64,000 nucleotides of DNA from Candidatus Marinacidobacterium sp. (GTDB taxonomy: Bacteria > Acidobacteriota > Vicinamibacteria > Marinacidobacterales > Marinacidobacteraceae). A program made the translations under genes and the position numbers. The notes below the pieces were generated by a model. The model searched no databases, was not told the origin of the DNA, and saw only the letters and a program-made list of their open reading frames with translations. Location: positions 3,456,001-3,520,000 of the forward strand of contig OZ242011.1 in assembly GCA_965204755.1 (NCBI GenBank), given 5' to 3'. This document shows positions 1-11,933 of this stretch, piece by piece. Positions within the stretch are counted from its first letter, which is position 1, and every line of letters starts with the position of its first letter.

Positions 1-103
1 CGACCTTCCCGGGCTCGCCGGCCGTCCGGCCGCGCGGTAGCGGCCCGCCTGCTTTTCGCCCGCCTGTTTCGACCGCCACCCCCTTCCCGAGGAACACCCT
101 TCC

Positions 104-289
104 ATGCCCCAACCCAAAAGACGCCACACCCCGCGCCGGCGCGGCAATCGGCGGGCGCACGACGCCCTCGCCGTCCCCGCGCTCACCATCTGCCGGAACT
201 GCCAGGAGCGGATCCGTCCCCATGTGGTCTGCCCGCACTGCGGCCACTACCGCGGCGAGAAGGTGATCGAAGCGGACCGGGGCGTTTGA
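104..289 (+). CDS. rpmF: 50S ribosomal protein L32
   Basis: MPQPKRRHTPRRRGNRRAH N-terminus, CxxC...CxxCG Zn motif, GAGGA RBS, upstream of fab genes. Confidence 0.95.
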   Translation: MPQPKRRHTPRRRGNRRAHDALAVPALTICRNCQERIRPHVVCPHCGHYRGEKVIEADRGV

Positions 290-359
290 TCCCGGTATTC
301 GAGACGGGAGCGGGCCGGGCGCGGCGCCGCTCCCTCCCGGCGGGCGGCGGAGGGCGCCG

Positions 360-1316
360 GTGAGCGGCGCCGCCCTCCTGTTCCCCGGACAGGGCTCCCA
401 GCATCCGGGCATGGGGAAGGGCCTCCACGACGCCTGCCCCGCGGCCCGCGCGGTCTTCGAAGAGGCCGACGAAGCGCTCGGCGAGCCGCTCTCGCGCCTG
501 TGCTTCGAAGGCCCCGAAGACGCCCTGCGGCTGACCGCGAACACCCAGCCGGCGCTGCTGACGGTGAGCGTGGCCGCGTTCCGGGCGCTCGAAGCCCGGC
601 GCGGCGCGGACTTCCGGTTCGACTTCGACTTCCTCGCCGGGCACAGCCTCGGGGAGTACTCGGCGCTGGTCGCCGGGGGTGCGCTCCGCTTCCGGGACGC
701 CGCGCGGCTCACCCGGCGGCGCGGCGAGGCGATGCAGCGGGCGGTTCCCGCCGGCGAAGGGGCGATGGCGGCGGTCCTCGGCCTTCCCGCGGAGGCGGTG
801 GGCGAAGTCTGCGCCCGCGTCGCTTCGGAGACCGGACAGGTCGTCGAACCGGCGAACTTCAACGGCGGCGGGCAGGTGGTCGTCGGGGGCCGCCGGGAGG
901 CGGTCGCGGCGGCGGAAGCGGCTCTCCGGGAAGCGGGCGCCCGGCGGGTCGTGCCGCTCCCGGTGAGCGCCCCGTTCCACACCCGCCTGATGGCGCCGGC
1001 CGCGGAGGAGTTGCGTCCGCTGCTGGAGGAGACCGAGTTCTCCGACCTCTCGGTCCCCCTGTGGACGAACGCCGACGCCCGCCCGATCCGGAGCGGGGCC
1101 GAGGCGCGGGCGGCGCTCCTGCGGCAGGTCGCCTCCCCGGTGCGCTGGGAGGAATCGCTCCTGGGGATGGCGGAGGCGGGCGCCTCCCGGTTCGTCGAAG
1201 TGGGCGCCGGACGGGTGCTGGCCGGGCTCGCCCGGAAGGTGGCGCGCGGGGCGGAGGCGGTCTCGGTCGGCGACCCGGAGGCGCTCGAGGCCTTCGCCGG
1301 GAGGCCGGCGGCGTGA
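360..1316 (+). CDS. fabD: Malonyl-CoA-ACP transacylase
   Basis: LFPGQGSQ, GHSLGEY, VSAPFH motifs. Confidence 0.95.
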   Translation: MSGAALLFPGQGSQHPGMGKGLHDACPAARAVFEEADEALGEPLSRLCFEGPEDALRLTANTQPALLTVSVAAFRALEARRGADFRFDFDFLAGHSLGEYSALVAGGALRFRDAARLTRRRGEAMQRAVPAGEGAMAAVLGLPAEAVGEVCARVASETGQVVEPANFNGGGQVVVGGRREAVAAAEAALREAGARRVVPLPVSAPFHTRLMAPAAEELRPLLEETEFSDLSVPLWTNADARPIRSGAEARAALLRQVASPVRWEESLLGMAEAGASRFVEVGAGRVLAGLARKVARGAEAVSVGDPEALEAFAGRPAA

Positions 1317-2056
1317 CCCGGTTCGAGGAGCGGACCGCGCTGGTCACCGGCGGGACGCGGGGGATCGGGCGCGCCGTCGCCGCCCGGCTCGCCGACGAGG
1401 GCGCCCGGGTCTTCCTCACCGGGACCGACGCCGCCCGAGCGGAGGCCGCGGCCGGCGAGTTGGACGCCTACCGGGGCCGGGTGACCGGGCTCCCGCTCGA
1501 CCTCGCCGACCCGGGCTCGGTGGAGGCGGTCTTCGCCGAGGTGCTCCGCGCCGCCGGCGGGCTCCACATCCTGGTGAACAACGCCGGAATCACCCGCGAC
1601 GGCCTGCTGCCCCGGCTCTCCGCCGAGGACTGGGGCGCGGTGATGCGGGTGAACCTGGACGGGCTCTACGCCTGCTGCCGGGCCGCCGCGCGCCCCATGA
1701 TCCGCGGCCGCTACGGGCGGATCGTGAACCTGAGTTCGGTGGTCGGGCTGCGCGGGAACGCCGGGCAGACCGCCTACGCCGCCTCCAAGGCCGGCATCGT
1801 CGGGTTCACCAAGTCGCTCGCCAAGGAGTTGGCGCGCCGGGAGATCACCGTGAACGCGGTGGCGCCGGGACTCGTCGAAACGGACATGACCCGCGGCCTC
1901 GGGGGCGCCTCGCGGGAGAAGTTGTCCGCCGCGGTGGCGATGGCGCGCGCCGGATCCCCGGAGGAAGTGGCGGCCGCGGTCGCCTTCCTCGCCTCCGCCG
2001 AGGCGAGTTACATCACCGGCGCCGTGTTGGAGGTCAGCGGAGGGCTGGCCCTGTGA
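1313..2056 (+). CDS. fabG: 3-oxoacyl-ACP reductase
   Basis: TGGTRGIG, NNAGITRD, YAASK; GTG start overlaps the fabD stop (3' part of ORF 500..2056). Confidence 0.93.
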   Translation: MTRFEERTALVTGGTRGIGRAVAARLADEGARVFLTGTDAARAEAAAGELDAYRGRVTGLPLDLADPGSVEAVFAEVLRAAGGLHILVNNAGITRDGLLPRLSAEDWGAVMRVNLDGLYACCRAAARPMIRGRYGRIVNLSSVVGLRGNAGQTAYAASKAGIVGFTKSLAKELARREITVNAVAPGLVETDMTRGLGGASREKLSAAVAMARAGSPEEVAAAVAFLASAEASYITGAVLEVSGGLAL

Positions 2057-2216
2057 AGCCGGAGAACATTTATCGTTCCCCGGCGATTCGAACGGGGGGC
2101 GGGCGCGGGCCGCGAGCGTCCGCCGCCGCCCGTTCGCCCTCGCATCCATCCCCGCCGGCGCCGGCCCCCGACCGGGGCGGCCGTCCGCCGGAACCGAACC
2201 CAGGAGGCTCCTCCCC

Positions 2217-2495
2217 ATGACCGACAAGCAACCCGAGAACGCGCCCGAAGCCGAAGAACTCCCGATCGAGGAGCGGGTGCGGGAACTCATCTGCGAGAAC
2301 CTGTCCGTGGCCCCGGACGAAGTGACCCCCCAGGCGACCTTCGTCGGCGACATGAACGCCGACTCCCTGGACATGGTGGAGTTGGTCATGGCGCTCGAAG
2401 AGGCGTTCGGCATCTCCATCTCCGAGGACGAGGCCGAGCGCATCCAGACCGTCGCCGACGCCGTGTCCTTCATCGAGGCGCGCGCCGGCAACTGA
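2217..2495 (+). CDS. acpP: Acyl carrier protein
   Basis: ADSLDMVELVMALEEAF; AGGAGG RBS. Confidence 0.95.
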   Translation: MTDKQPENAPEAEELPIEERVRELICENLSVAPDEVTPQATFVGDMNADSLDMVELVMALEEAFGISISEDEAERIQTVADAVSFIEARAGN

Positions 2496-2559
2496 GAGCC
2501 CTCCGCCCCGCGAGCCGCCCGACCCCCCTCCCCGAGACTCCCGAGCCGGAGGCAGGCAA

Positions 2560-3804
<1,245 letters not shown>

Positions 3805-3843
3805 GCGGCCGCGCGGCGGCGGGGAAGACTCGAGGAAGACCCC

Positions 3844-4863
3844 ATGGACGACCTGTTTCGCTACCTGCGCGAGTTGGTGGACATCCCGTCGGTCACCGGC
3901 GGCGAAGGGGCGGTCGCCGAGCGCGTCCGGGCCGATCTCGAGCGGGAGGGCTACCGGACGGAGTTCGTCGAAGCGGCGCCCGGCCGGCCGAACCTGCTCG
4001 CGCGGGCCGGGGCGGGGGATCCGGCGGTGTGGTTCTGCACCCACCTGGACACGGTGCCGCCGTTCTTCCCGTCGAACGAGACGGAAACCCACATCGGGGG
4101 GCGGGGTTCCTGCGACGCGAAGGGGATCCTGGCGGCGATGGTGTTCGCCGGACGGCGCCTCCGGGCCGACGGAGCGGAGCGGTTCGGCTTCGCGTTCACC
4201 GTGGGGGAAGAGGTGGACAGCGACGGCGCCCGGCGGCTCGAAGAGCGCGGGCCGGACGGCCCGGCCGACCTCGAGCGGACGCTGATCTGCGGGGAGCCCA
4301 CCGTGGGCGTCCTGGCGTCGGGGCACAAGGGGACGCTGCGGGTGGCGCTGCGGGTTCGCGGGGAGGCGGCGCACTCCGCCTACCCCGACCAGGGGGATTC
4401 GGCGGTGCACCGGCTGCTCGCCCGGATCGCCCGCATCCGGGAGGAGGACTGGGGATCCGACCCGCGGCTCGGCGAGGCCACGGTGAATGTCGGGGTGATC
4501 TCCGGCGGGGTCGCGGGGAATGTGCTCGCGCCCTCGGCGGAGGCGACGATCTACTTCCGGCTGGTGGGCGAGGCCGCCGCCGCTCGTCGGCGGTTCGCCG
4601 CGATCGTCGCCGAAGACCCGGCGTGCAGTTGGGAGGAGATCGGCGCGAACGACGCGGTGTTCTGCCGGGAGATGCCCGGCCGGGAGACCGCGCCGGTGGC
4701 CTACTCGACGGACATCCCGTTCCTGCCTTCCTGGGGCGCGCCCCTGCTCATCGGCCCCGGCAGCATCCACGACGCGCACACCGCCCACGAACGGGTCGCG
4801 AAGAGCCAGTTGACGGACGCGGTGGACTACTACCACCGGCTCGCGTCGGACCTGCTCGCCTGA
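3844..4863 (+). CDS. M20 family metallo-hydrolase (ArgE/DapE-like)
   Basis: THLDTVPP, GRGSCDAKG, GEE, GEPT, AHTAHE motifs. Confidence 0.85.
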   Translation: MDDLFRYLRELVDIPSVTGGEGAVAERVRADLEREGYRTEFVEAAPGRPNLLARAGAGDPAVWFCTHLDTVPPFFPSNETETHIGGRGSCDAKGILAAMVFAGRRLRADGAERFGFAFTVGEEVDSDGARRLEERGPDGPADLERTLICGEPTVGVLASGHKGTLRVALRVRGEAAHSAYPDQGDSAVHRLLARIARIREEDWGSDPRLGEATVNVGVISGGVAGNVLAPSAEATIYFRLVGEAAAARRRFAAIVAEDPACSWEEIGANDAVFCREMPGRETAPVAYSTDIPFLPSWGAPLLIGPGSIHDAHTAHERVAKSQLTDAVDYYHRLASDLLA

Positions 4864-4886
4864 GCGGGCGCCGCCCTTCCGCCGGG

Positions 4887-6026
4887 GTGGCCGGGCGGGA
4901 ATTCGCCGCCGCCGCGGGCGCGGTCCTCGCCTGGTACCGGCGGAACCGGCGGGAGTTGCCGTTCCGGGGCGACGCCGACCCCTACCGGGTGTGGGTCTCC
5001 GAGGTGATGCTGCAGCAGACCCGGGTCGAGGCGATGCGGGGGCGTTACCGGGACTTCGTGGCGCGGTTCCCCGACCTTGCGGCGCTCGCCGCCGCGCCGC
5101 TCGACGAGGTGCTCGCCGCCTGGGCCGGGCTCGGCTACTACGGGCGGGCGCGGTCGCTCCACCGGGCGGCGCGGTGGGCGGAGGCCGCGGGGGGCCTTCC
5201 GACCGACGCCGCCGGCTGGCGGGAGTTGCCGGGGGTCGGGGAATACACCGCCGCCGCGGTCGCTTCGATCTGCCACGGGGAGCGGACGCCGGCGGTGGAC
5301 GGCAATGCGCGCCGGGTCCTGGCGCGGCTGTTCGCCCTCCCCGGCGCGCTCGGCCGTCCGGCGTTCGAGCGCCGCGCGCGCCGGCGGGCCGAGGGGCTGC
5401 TGGCCGCCGCCCAGTGCCCGCCGGGGGAGTGGAACCAGGCGCTCATGGAGTTCGGCGCGCTGGTCTGCACGCCGAAGTCGCCCCGCTGCGGGGGCTGCCC
5501 GCTTCGCGGAAGATGCCGCGCCCGCGCGCTGGGCCGGGCGGACGCGTTCCCCCGGCGGCCGCCCCGGCCCCGGCCGATCCCGGTCCGGCTCGCCCAGGGA
5601 GTCGTCCTCGACGACCGGGGGCGGATGCTGGTCTTCCGCCGCCGGGAAGCGCCGCTCCGCGGGCTCTACGAACTGCCGGGGGGCGAGTGCCGGGACGGGG
5701 AGTCGCCGGCCGAGGCCCTGGTCCGGGGCGCGAAGGCGGCCTACGGGATCTCCCTGACGGCCGGCCGGCCGCTGCCGCCGTTCCGGAACGCGGTGATGCA
5801 GCGCCGGATCACCGTGTTCACGATGTTCGCGGAGCGGGTCGGGGACCCGCCGGGGGATTCGAGCGGGCGGTTCGTCGCGCCGGCCGGGGCCGCCTCGCTC
5901 CCGGCCGGTTCCGTCCTCCGCAAGACGGCCGCGCTGCTGCTCGGCGGCGCCGCCGACCGGGCGGCTTCGGGCGCCCCTCCCGTGGATACACTGCCCGCCG
6001 CCGGGCCGAGACTCGATCCTCCATGA
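4887..6026 (+). CDS. mutY: A/G-specific adenine glycosylase (start uncertain)
   Basis: VWVSEVMLQQT, WAGLGYYGRAR, LPGVGEYTA, VDGN, Cx6CxxCx5C Fe-S motif, NUDIX-like C-terminus. Confidence 0.9.
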   Translation: MAGREFAAAAGAVLAWYRRNRRELPFRGDADPYRVWVSEVMLQQTRVEAMRGRYRDFVARFPDLAALAAAPLDEVLAAWAGLGYYGRARSLHRAARWAEAAGGLPTDAAGWRELPGVGEYTAAAVASICHGERTPAVDGNARRVLARLFALPGALGRPAFERRARRRAEGLLAAAQCPPGEWNQALMEFGALVCTPKSPRCGGCPLRGRCRARALGRADAFPRRPPRPRPIPVRLAQGVVLDDRGRMLVFRRREAPLRGLYELPGGECRDGESPAEALVRGAKAAYGISLTAGRPLPPFRNAVMQRRITVFTMFAERVGDPPGDSSGRFVAPAGAASLPAGSVLRKTAALLLGGAADRAASGAPPVDTLPAAGPRLDPP

Positions 6027-8542
6027 CCAGTTACCCGCACGAAGCGGTCGAGAAGCGCTGGCGGGAGCGCTGGCGCCGGGACGGCTCCTTCCGCACTCCC
6101 GACCTGCCGGAGGGGAAGCGCTACTACTGCCTCGAGATGCTGCCCTATCCCTCCGGGCGCATCCACATGGGGCATGTGCGCAACTACTCGATCGGCGACT
6201 CGGTGGCGCGGTTCTTCCGCCGGCGGGGTTACGCGGTGATGCACCCGATCGGCTGGGACGCGCTCGGCCTCCCCGCCGAGAACGCTGCCATCGAGCGCGG
6301 CGCCCATCCCCGGGACTGGACCGCCGAGAACATCGACCACATGCGGCGGCAGTTGCGCCGGCTGGGTTTCCTCTACGACTGGGACCGGGAGTTCGCGACC
6401 TGCGACCCTTCGTACTACCGCTGGAACCAATGGTTCTTCCTGAAGATGTGGGAGCGGGGGCTCGCTTACCGGAAGAACTCGACGGTGAATTGGTGTCCCG
6501 GCTGCGAGACCGTGCTCGCCAACGAACAGGTGGAAGCCGGCCGATGCTGGCGGTGCGAGTCCGAGGTGCGGCTCACGGAACTCGCGCAGTGGTTCCTGCG
6601 CATCACCGACTACCGGGACGAACTGCTGGAGGCGATGGACGAGTTGCCCGGTTGGCCGGAGAAGGTGCTGACGCTGCAGCGGAACTGGATCGGGAAGTCC
6701 GAAGGCGCGGAGATCCGGTTCGCGGCGCCGGCGCTCGAAGCGGCGCTCGGCGACGGGCACCGCATCCCGGTGTACACGACCCGCCTCGACACCATCTACG
6801 GCGCGACGGCGCTGGTGCTCTCCCCGGGACACCCGGCGTCGCGCCACATCGCCCGGGACAACGCCGAAGTCGCCGCCTATATCGAAGAAGCCGAAGCGCG
6901 GGCGGCGGCCGCCCGGACCCATCCCGACCGGGGCGGCGCCGAAGCGGGGAAGACCGGCGCGGCCACCGGGCTCACCGCGCGGAACCCGTTCACCGGCGAA
7001 GACATCCCGATGTTCGTCGCCGACTATGTGCTCATGGACTACGGCGCCGGCGCGGTGATGGCCGTGCCGGCGCACGACCGCCGGGACCACGCTTTCGCCC
7101 GGGAACACGGGATCGAGATCCGCCGGGTGGTCGTGCCCGACGAAGCGTCCGCGACGCCGGCTCCCGATGCTTCGGAAGAGGCGTTCACCGGTTACGGAAC
7201 CGTGGTGGACTCGGGGGAGTTCAGCGGGCTTCCCGGCGTGGACGCGATCGCCGCCATGCTCGAGCGCGCCCGGCGGGAGGGTTTCGGCGAGGCGAAGACC
7301 ACCTACCGGTTCCACGACTGGGGCATTTCCCGCCAGCGGTACTGGGGCACGCCGATCCCGATGATCCACTGCGCGGAGTGCGGCGAGGTCCCGGCGCCGG
7401 AGGAATCCCTGCCGGTGGAGTTGCCGCGGGACATCGAGATCACCGGCAAGGGCGGAGCGGCGCTCTCCCGACAGGAGTCCTTCCTGCGCGTGGACTGCCC
7501 GAAGTGCGGCGCCCGGGCGCGGCGGGAAACGGACACGATGGACACCTTCGTGGACTCCGCCTGGTACTTCTACCGATACCTCGACCCGAAGAACGACCGG
7601 GCGCCGTTCGATTCCGAAAAGGCGCGCCACTGGTTCCCGATCGACCTCTACATCGGCGGCGTCGAACACGCCATCCTGCACCTGATCTACTGCCGTTTCT
7701 GGACGAAAGTGATGCGCGACCTGGGGCTCGTCGAAGTGGACGAGCCGGTCACCCGGCAGTTGAGCCAGGGAATGGTCATCAAGGACGGCGCCAAGATGTC
7801 CAAGAGCCGGGGGAATGTGGTGGATCCGGACGAAGCCGTGGAGCGGCACGGCGCGGACGCGGTCCGGTTGTATGTCCTGTTCGAGGCGCCGCCGGAGAAG
7901 GAGATGGACTGGACCGACGAGCGGCTCGCCGGCCCGGCGCGATTCCTCCGCCGGCTGGAGCAGCAGGTTCCCGGCGGGTTTCCCTGGCTCGCCTCCGAAT
8001 CCCCTCCGGAGGGCGGGGAAGAGTTCTCCCGCGAGGACCTCGAGTTGCGGCGGAAGACCCACCAGACCATTCGCCGGGTGACGCGGGACCTCGGCGAGCG
8101 TCTCCACCCCAATACCGCCATCGCCGCGATCATGGAGTTGCACCGAGCGGCATCCGCTTTCCTGCCGGGCGCGGAGACCTCGGCGTCGCGCCGCGCGGCG
8201 CGGGAGGCGGTGGAAGCGGTGGTTTCGCTGCTGAACCCGATGGCGCCCCATCTCACGGAAGAACTCTGGGAGCGGCTCGGGAACGAGCGGACGCTGGTGG
8301 ATTCCCCCTGGCCGGGTTGGGACGAAGACCTCGCCCGCGATGAAGTCGTGGTGGTCGTGCTGCAGGTGAACGGCCGGCTGCGCGGGCGGCTCGAGGCCCC
8401 GGCCGGGCTCGACGCCGCCGAACTCGAAGAGCGCGCGCGGCGAAACGCCGGCGTGATGCGCCATCTCGACGGCCGCGAAGTCCGGCGCGTGGTCACCGTG
8501 GCCGACAAGTTGGTCAACTTCGTCGTCGCTCCCGGGAACTGA
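6023..8542 (+). CDS. leuS: Leucine--tRNA ligase
   Basis: MLPYPSGRIHMGH, DWGISRQRYWGTPIP, KMSKS. Confidence 0.97.
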   Translation: MTSYPHEAVEKRWRERWRRDGSFRTPDLPEGKRYYCLEMLPYPSGRIHMGHVRNYSIGDSVARFFRRRGYAVMHPIGWDALGLPAENAAIERGAHPRDWTAENIDHMRRQLRRLGFLYDWDREFATCDPSYYRWNQWFFLKMWERGLAYRKNSTVNWCPGCETVLANEQVEAGRCWRCESEVRLTELAQWFLRITDYRDELLEAMDELPGWPEKVLTLQRNWIGKSEGAEIRFAAPALEAALGDGHRIPVYTTRLDTIYGATALVLSPGHPASRHIARDNAEVAAYIEEAEARAAAARTHPDRGGAEAGKTGAATGLTARNPFTGEDIPMFVADYVLMDYGAGAVMAVPAHDRRDHAFAREHGIEIRRVVVPDEASATPAPDASEEAFTGYGTVVDSGEFSGLPGVDAIAAMLERARREGFGEAKTTYRFHDWGISRQRYWGTPIPMIHCAECGEVPAPEESLPVELPRDIEITGKGGAALSRQESFLRVDCPKCGARARRETDTMDTFVDSAWYFYRYLDPKNDRAPFDSEKARHWFPIDLYIGGVEHAILHLIYCRFWTKVMRDLGLVEVDEPVTRQLSQGMVIKDGAKMSKSRGNVVDPDEAVERHGADAVRLYVLFEAPPEKEMDWTDERLAGPARFLRRLEQQVPGGFPWLASESPPEGGEEFSREDLELRRKTHQTIRRVTRDLGERLHPNTAIAAIMELHRAASAFLPGAETSASRRAAREAVEAVVSLLNPMAPHLTEELWERLGNERTLVDSPWPGWDEDLARDEVVVVVLQVNGRLRGRLEAPAGLDAAELEERARRNAGVMRHLDGREVRRVVTVADKLVNFVVAPGN

Positions 8543-8546
8543 GGGT

Positions 8547-9122
8547 TTGTTTCTCGCCGCGCGCGGTCTTCGGACGGCCGGTTTCCCGGCATTCCCCGCC
8601 GCGGTCCCTGCCGCGCTCCTCGCGGCATTCCTCGCCGCGCTCGTTTCCGCCGGTTGCGGATACCGGCTCGCGGGAGTGGGGGCGGGGCTTCCCGACCACA
8701 TCGAGGTCATCGCGGTGCTGCCCTTCGAGAACGAGAGCGCCTATCCCGAAGTCGAAGAGCAGTTGACCGAGGAGATCATCAGCGGCTTCAACCGCCGCGG
8801 CGACTACACGGTGCAGGAGGAACGGGAAGGGGCGGACGCGGTGATGGAAGGAACGGTGGCCAGCGTGGAGTTCGCGCCGGCGCAACTCGACCCGGCCACC
8901 GGGCAGGCGTCCATCTACCTGGTCATCGTGCGCGCTTCGGTGTTCTTCACCGATGTGGTGAACGATGTACCGATCTACGAAGCCGAAGAGTTCACCCTGC
9001 GCGACGAGTTCACCATCGGCGACGACCCGGACGCCGCCTTCGACCGCGAAGGGCTCGCGTTCTCGCGGCTGGCGAGTTCCTTCGCCGATTCCCTGCTGGT
9101 CGCCATCCTGGAAGGGTTCTGA
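8547..9122 (+). CDS. lptE: LptE-family LPS assembly lipoprotein
   Basis: Lipobox SAGCGY, IAVLPFEN; canonical leuS-lptE-holA position. Confidence 0.75.
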   Translation: MFLAARGLRTAGFPAFPAAVPAALLAAFLAALVSAGCGYRLAGVGAGLPDHIEVIAVLPFENESAYPEVEEQLTEEIISGFNRRGDYTVQEEREGADAVMEGTVASVEFAPAQLDPATGQASIYLVIVRASVFFTDVVNDVPIYEAEEFTLRDEFTIGDDPDAAFDREGLAFSRLASSFADSLLVAILEGF

Positions 9123-10315
9123 TGGCGGCCCGCCGGTCGGCCGCGTCCGACCGGTTCGCCGAAGCGTTCCGCGCGTTCGACCCGAAACCGGCGGAGCGGC
9201 TGGAGCGCCATCTCCCGGCGGAGGGCGGCTCCCGCCTCTACTTCGTCGGCGGCGCGGACGGCTACCTCCGGCAGCGCTCCCTCGCCCGGATCGCTTCCCA
9301 CCACCTCGGCGAGTCTCCCGCGCCGTACCGGGAGCGGCGGCTCCACGCGGGACAAGCCACCGCCGACCGGCTGCGGAGCGCTGCGCAGACCGTGTCCTTC
9401 GGCGGGGGGCCGGTCGTCTCGCTGAGCGGCCTCCGGATCGGCAGCGGCGCCCGGCGCGCCTCGAAACCCGAACTCTGGGAGGCGGTCTGCGAACTCGTCG
9501 AGACCCCGCCTCCGGGGGCGGTGGTCGCGGTGGAGTGGGAGGAGAGCCCGGATCGGCGGCGCAAGGGCTGGAAGGCGTTCGCCGCCCGGCTCACGGAACG
9601 GATCGCCGCGGGGGAGGCGCTCGTGGTGGACTGCGACCCGCCCCCGGAGGCGAAGATGCCGGCCTGGATCCGCGCCGAGGCCGGGCGGCAGGGACTCGCG
9701 TTGCCGGAAGGCGGCGCGGAGTTGCTCGCCGGGAGATTCGGCCCGGACCTCCGCCGGCAGCGCGCGGAACTCCGGAAGTTGGCCCTCTTCGCGGCGCCGG
9801 AGGAGGAAGAGGGCGGCGGCGAGGCCGCCGATCAGGGTGCGGGCGGCGAGTCCCCGGTGCGCGTGGACCTCGAGGCGATGGAGCAACTCCTCGGCGGCGG
9901 GAGCGCCCGCAACCTGTTCCGCTTCACGAACGCCGTGCAGGGCGGCCGGGCGGCGGAGGCCCTCGAAACGCTCGACCTGCTCCTCTCCGAGCGGGAACCC
10001 CCGCAGGCGCTGCTCGCGCTCCTCTACCGGTTGGCCACGCAGGTGCAGGCCGCGAACGCGTTCCGGCCGGGCCGCGGCGCCGGGTCGCTCCGGGAGGCGA
10101 TCGGGATGCACCGCGCCCCGCCGCGCGCCGTCGAGGAGATCGCCTCCGCGGCCCGCCGGTTCACCGCCGAAGAGTTGCGCGGCGTGGTGCGGCAGGTGAT
10201 CGAGACCGACTTCCGCCTGAAGTCCACCGGCATTCCCGCCCGCGTCGCGCTTTCCTCGCTGGCTCTCCTCCTGGCCCGCGGCGGCGCTCCGGAAGGATCG
10301 GCCCGCCGCGGCTGA
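9122..10315 (+). CDS. holA: DNA polymerase III delta subunit
   Basis: YFVGGADGYL, ELRKLALF, TDFRLKSTG; synteny after lptE. Confidence 0.8.
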   Translation: MAARRSAASDRFAEAFRAFDPKPAERLERHLPAEGGSRLYFVGGADGYLRQRSLARIASHHLGESPAPYRERRLHAGQATADRLRSAAQTVSFGGGPVVSLSGLRIGSGARRASKPELWEAVCELVETPPPGAVVAVEWEESPDRRRKGWKAFAARLTERIAAGEALVVDCDPPPEAKMPAWIRAEAGRQGLALPEGGAELLAGRFGPDLRRQRAELRKLALFAAPEEEEGGGEAADQGAGGESPVRVDLEAMEQLLGGGSARNLFRFTNAVQGGRAAEALETLDLLLSEREPPQALLALLYRLATQVQAANAFRPGRGAGSLREAIGMHRAPPRAVEEIASAARRFTAEELRGVVRQVIETDFRLKSTGIPARVALSSLALLLARGGAPEGSARRG

Positions 10316-10526
10316 CCCGCGCCGACCGGTCGGGGGAGCCGGGGGGCGGGGCGCTCCGGGCGGGCTGCTACCCTCCCGCCGCCGATGCGCCCCGACGAGG
10401 ACTCGTCCGCCCGCCCTCCGGAACCCGGCGCGGGGTTCGCCCCGCTCCCGTATCCGGCGTTCGCGGCCGGCCGGGCGCATCGCCCGCGCGCCGCGCCCCG
10501 CACCTTGAAATCCCCGACCACGGACG

Positions 10527-11885
10527 ATGGCCCTCACCAAGACTCCGCTGCTCGCGGAAACGGTGCGCAAACTGGTGTCGCGGGGGGCCTACGCTAACGC
10601 CCACCGCCTCCTCTCCAAACTGCATCCGGCGGATGTGGCGCAGGTCCTCGCCGATCTCCCGGAGGCGTACCGGCTGAAGACCTTCCGGGCGGTCTTCCAG
10701 CGCGACACCGCGCTGGCCGCGGAGGCGCTCGGGGAATTCGGCGCCGAACGGGGCGCCGGACTGGTGGCCGGGCTCGAGACCGGGTACATCTCGCAACTCC
10801 TCCAGGAACTCGACCCGGACGACGCGGCGGAGTTCCTGAGCGCGCTCCCCGAGGAGCGCCGGGAGCGGGTGCTCGCCGGGATGCGGGCGCGCGAGGCGTC
10901 CGATGTCGAGGACCTGCTGCAGTACCCGGAGGAGACCGCCGGGCGGATCATGAGCCCGAAGGTGTTCTCCATCGCCGAGAACACCACCATCGGCGAAGCC
11001 ATCCGGCGGCTGCAGGAATCACCGGATGTGGAGATGGTCTTCTACATCTATGTGGTGGACGAGCACGGCACGCTGGTCGGGGTGCTGTCGCTGCGCCAAC
11101 TGCTGCAGCGGCGGCCGGAAGCGCCGCTCTCCGAGGTCATGGTCACCGATGTGCTCAGGGTGCGCACGGACATGGACCAGGAGGAAGTGGCGCAACTCGT
11201 CGCCAGTTACAACATCCTGGCGGTGCCGGTGGTGAACCACCACGGCAAACTGGTCGGCGTCATCACCGTGGACGACATCATCGATGTCATCAAGGAAGAG
11301 GCGACCGAGGACATGTACCGGCTCGCCGGACTGGGCGCCGCGGAGAGCGTGTTCACGAAGGCGCGTCGTTCCGTGGGTATGCGCCTCCCCTGGCTCACCG
11401 TGAACCTGGCGACGGCGTTCCTCGCTTCGTGGGTCGTCAGCCAGTTCGAGGCCTCCATCGCCCGGTTCGCGGTGCTGGCGGTGTTCATGCCGATGGCGCC
11501 GCTGCTCGGCGGGAACGCCGGCAGCCAGACGCTCACCGTGATGGTGCGGGGTATCGCGCTCGGCGAACTCAGTTGGAAGAACAGCCGCAAGGCGCTGTTC
11601 AAGGAACTCTCGGTGGGCGCGGTGAACGGCGCGCTCATCGGCCTGCTCATCGGCGGCTTCGCCTACCTGTGGAAGGGCGATCCCCGGATCGGGCTGGCGC
11701 TGACGCTGGCGATGCTGGGCACGATGATCGTCGCCGCCGTGGCGGGCACGCTCATGCCGCTCCTCCTGCGCTGGCTGCGGGTGGACCCGGCCTTGGCCTC
11801 TTCGGTCTTCGTGACCACCGCCACCGATGTCTCCGGTTTCCTCCTGTTCCTCGGTTTGGGCGTCACCGCGCTGACCCACTTCTGA
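10527..11885 (+). CDS. mgtE: Magnesium transporter MgtE
   Basis: HPAD, YPEETAGRIM, CBS pair, RLPWL, GGNAGSQT, DPALAS, TTATDV. Confidence 0.95.
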   Translation: MALTKTPLLAETVRKLVSRGAYANAHRLLSKLHPADVAQVLADLPEAYRLKTFRAVFQRDTALAAEALGEFGAERGAGLVAGLETGYISQLLQELDPDDAAEFLSALPEERRERVLAGMRAREASDVEDLLQYPEETAGRIMSPKVFSIAENTTIGEAIRRLQESPDVEMVFYIYVVDEHGTLVGVLSLRQLLQRRPEAPLSEVMVTDVLRVRTDMDQEEVAQLVASYNILAVPVVNHHGKLVGVITVDDIIDVIKEEATEDMYRLAGLGAAESVFTKARRSVGMRLPWLTVNLATAFLASWVVSQFEASIARFAVLAVFMPMAPLLGGNAGSQTLTVMVRGIALGELSWKNSRKALFKELSVGAVNGALIGLLIGGFAYLWKGDPRIGLALTLAMLGTMIVAAVAGTLMPLLLRWLRVDPALASSVFVTTATDVSGFLLFLGLGVTALTHF

Positions 11886-11933
11886 ACGCGCCGCCTCCCG
11901 GCGGTCCGCGGAGCGCCCCGCCGGAGTTCCGCG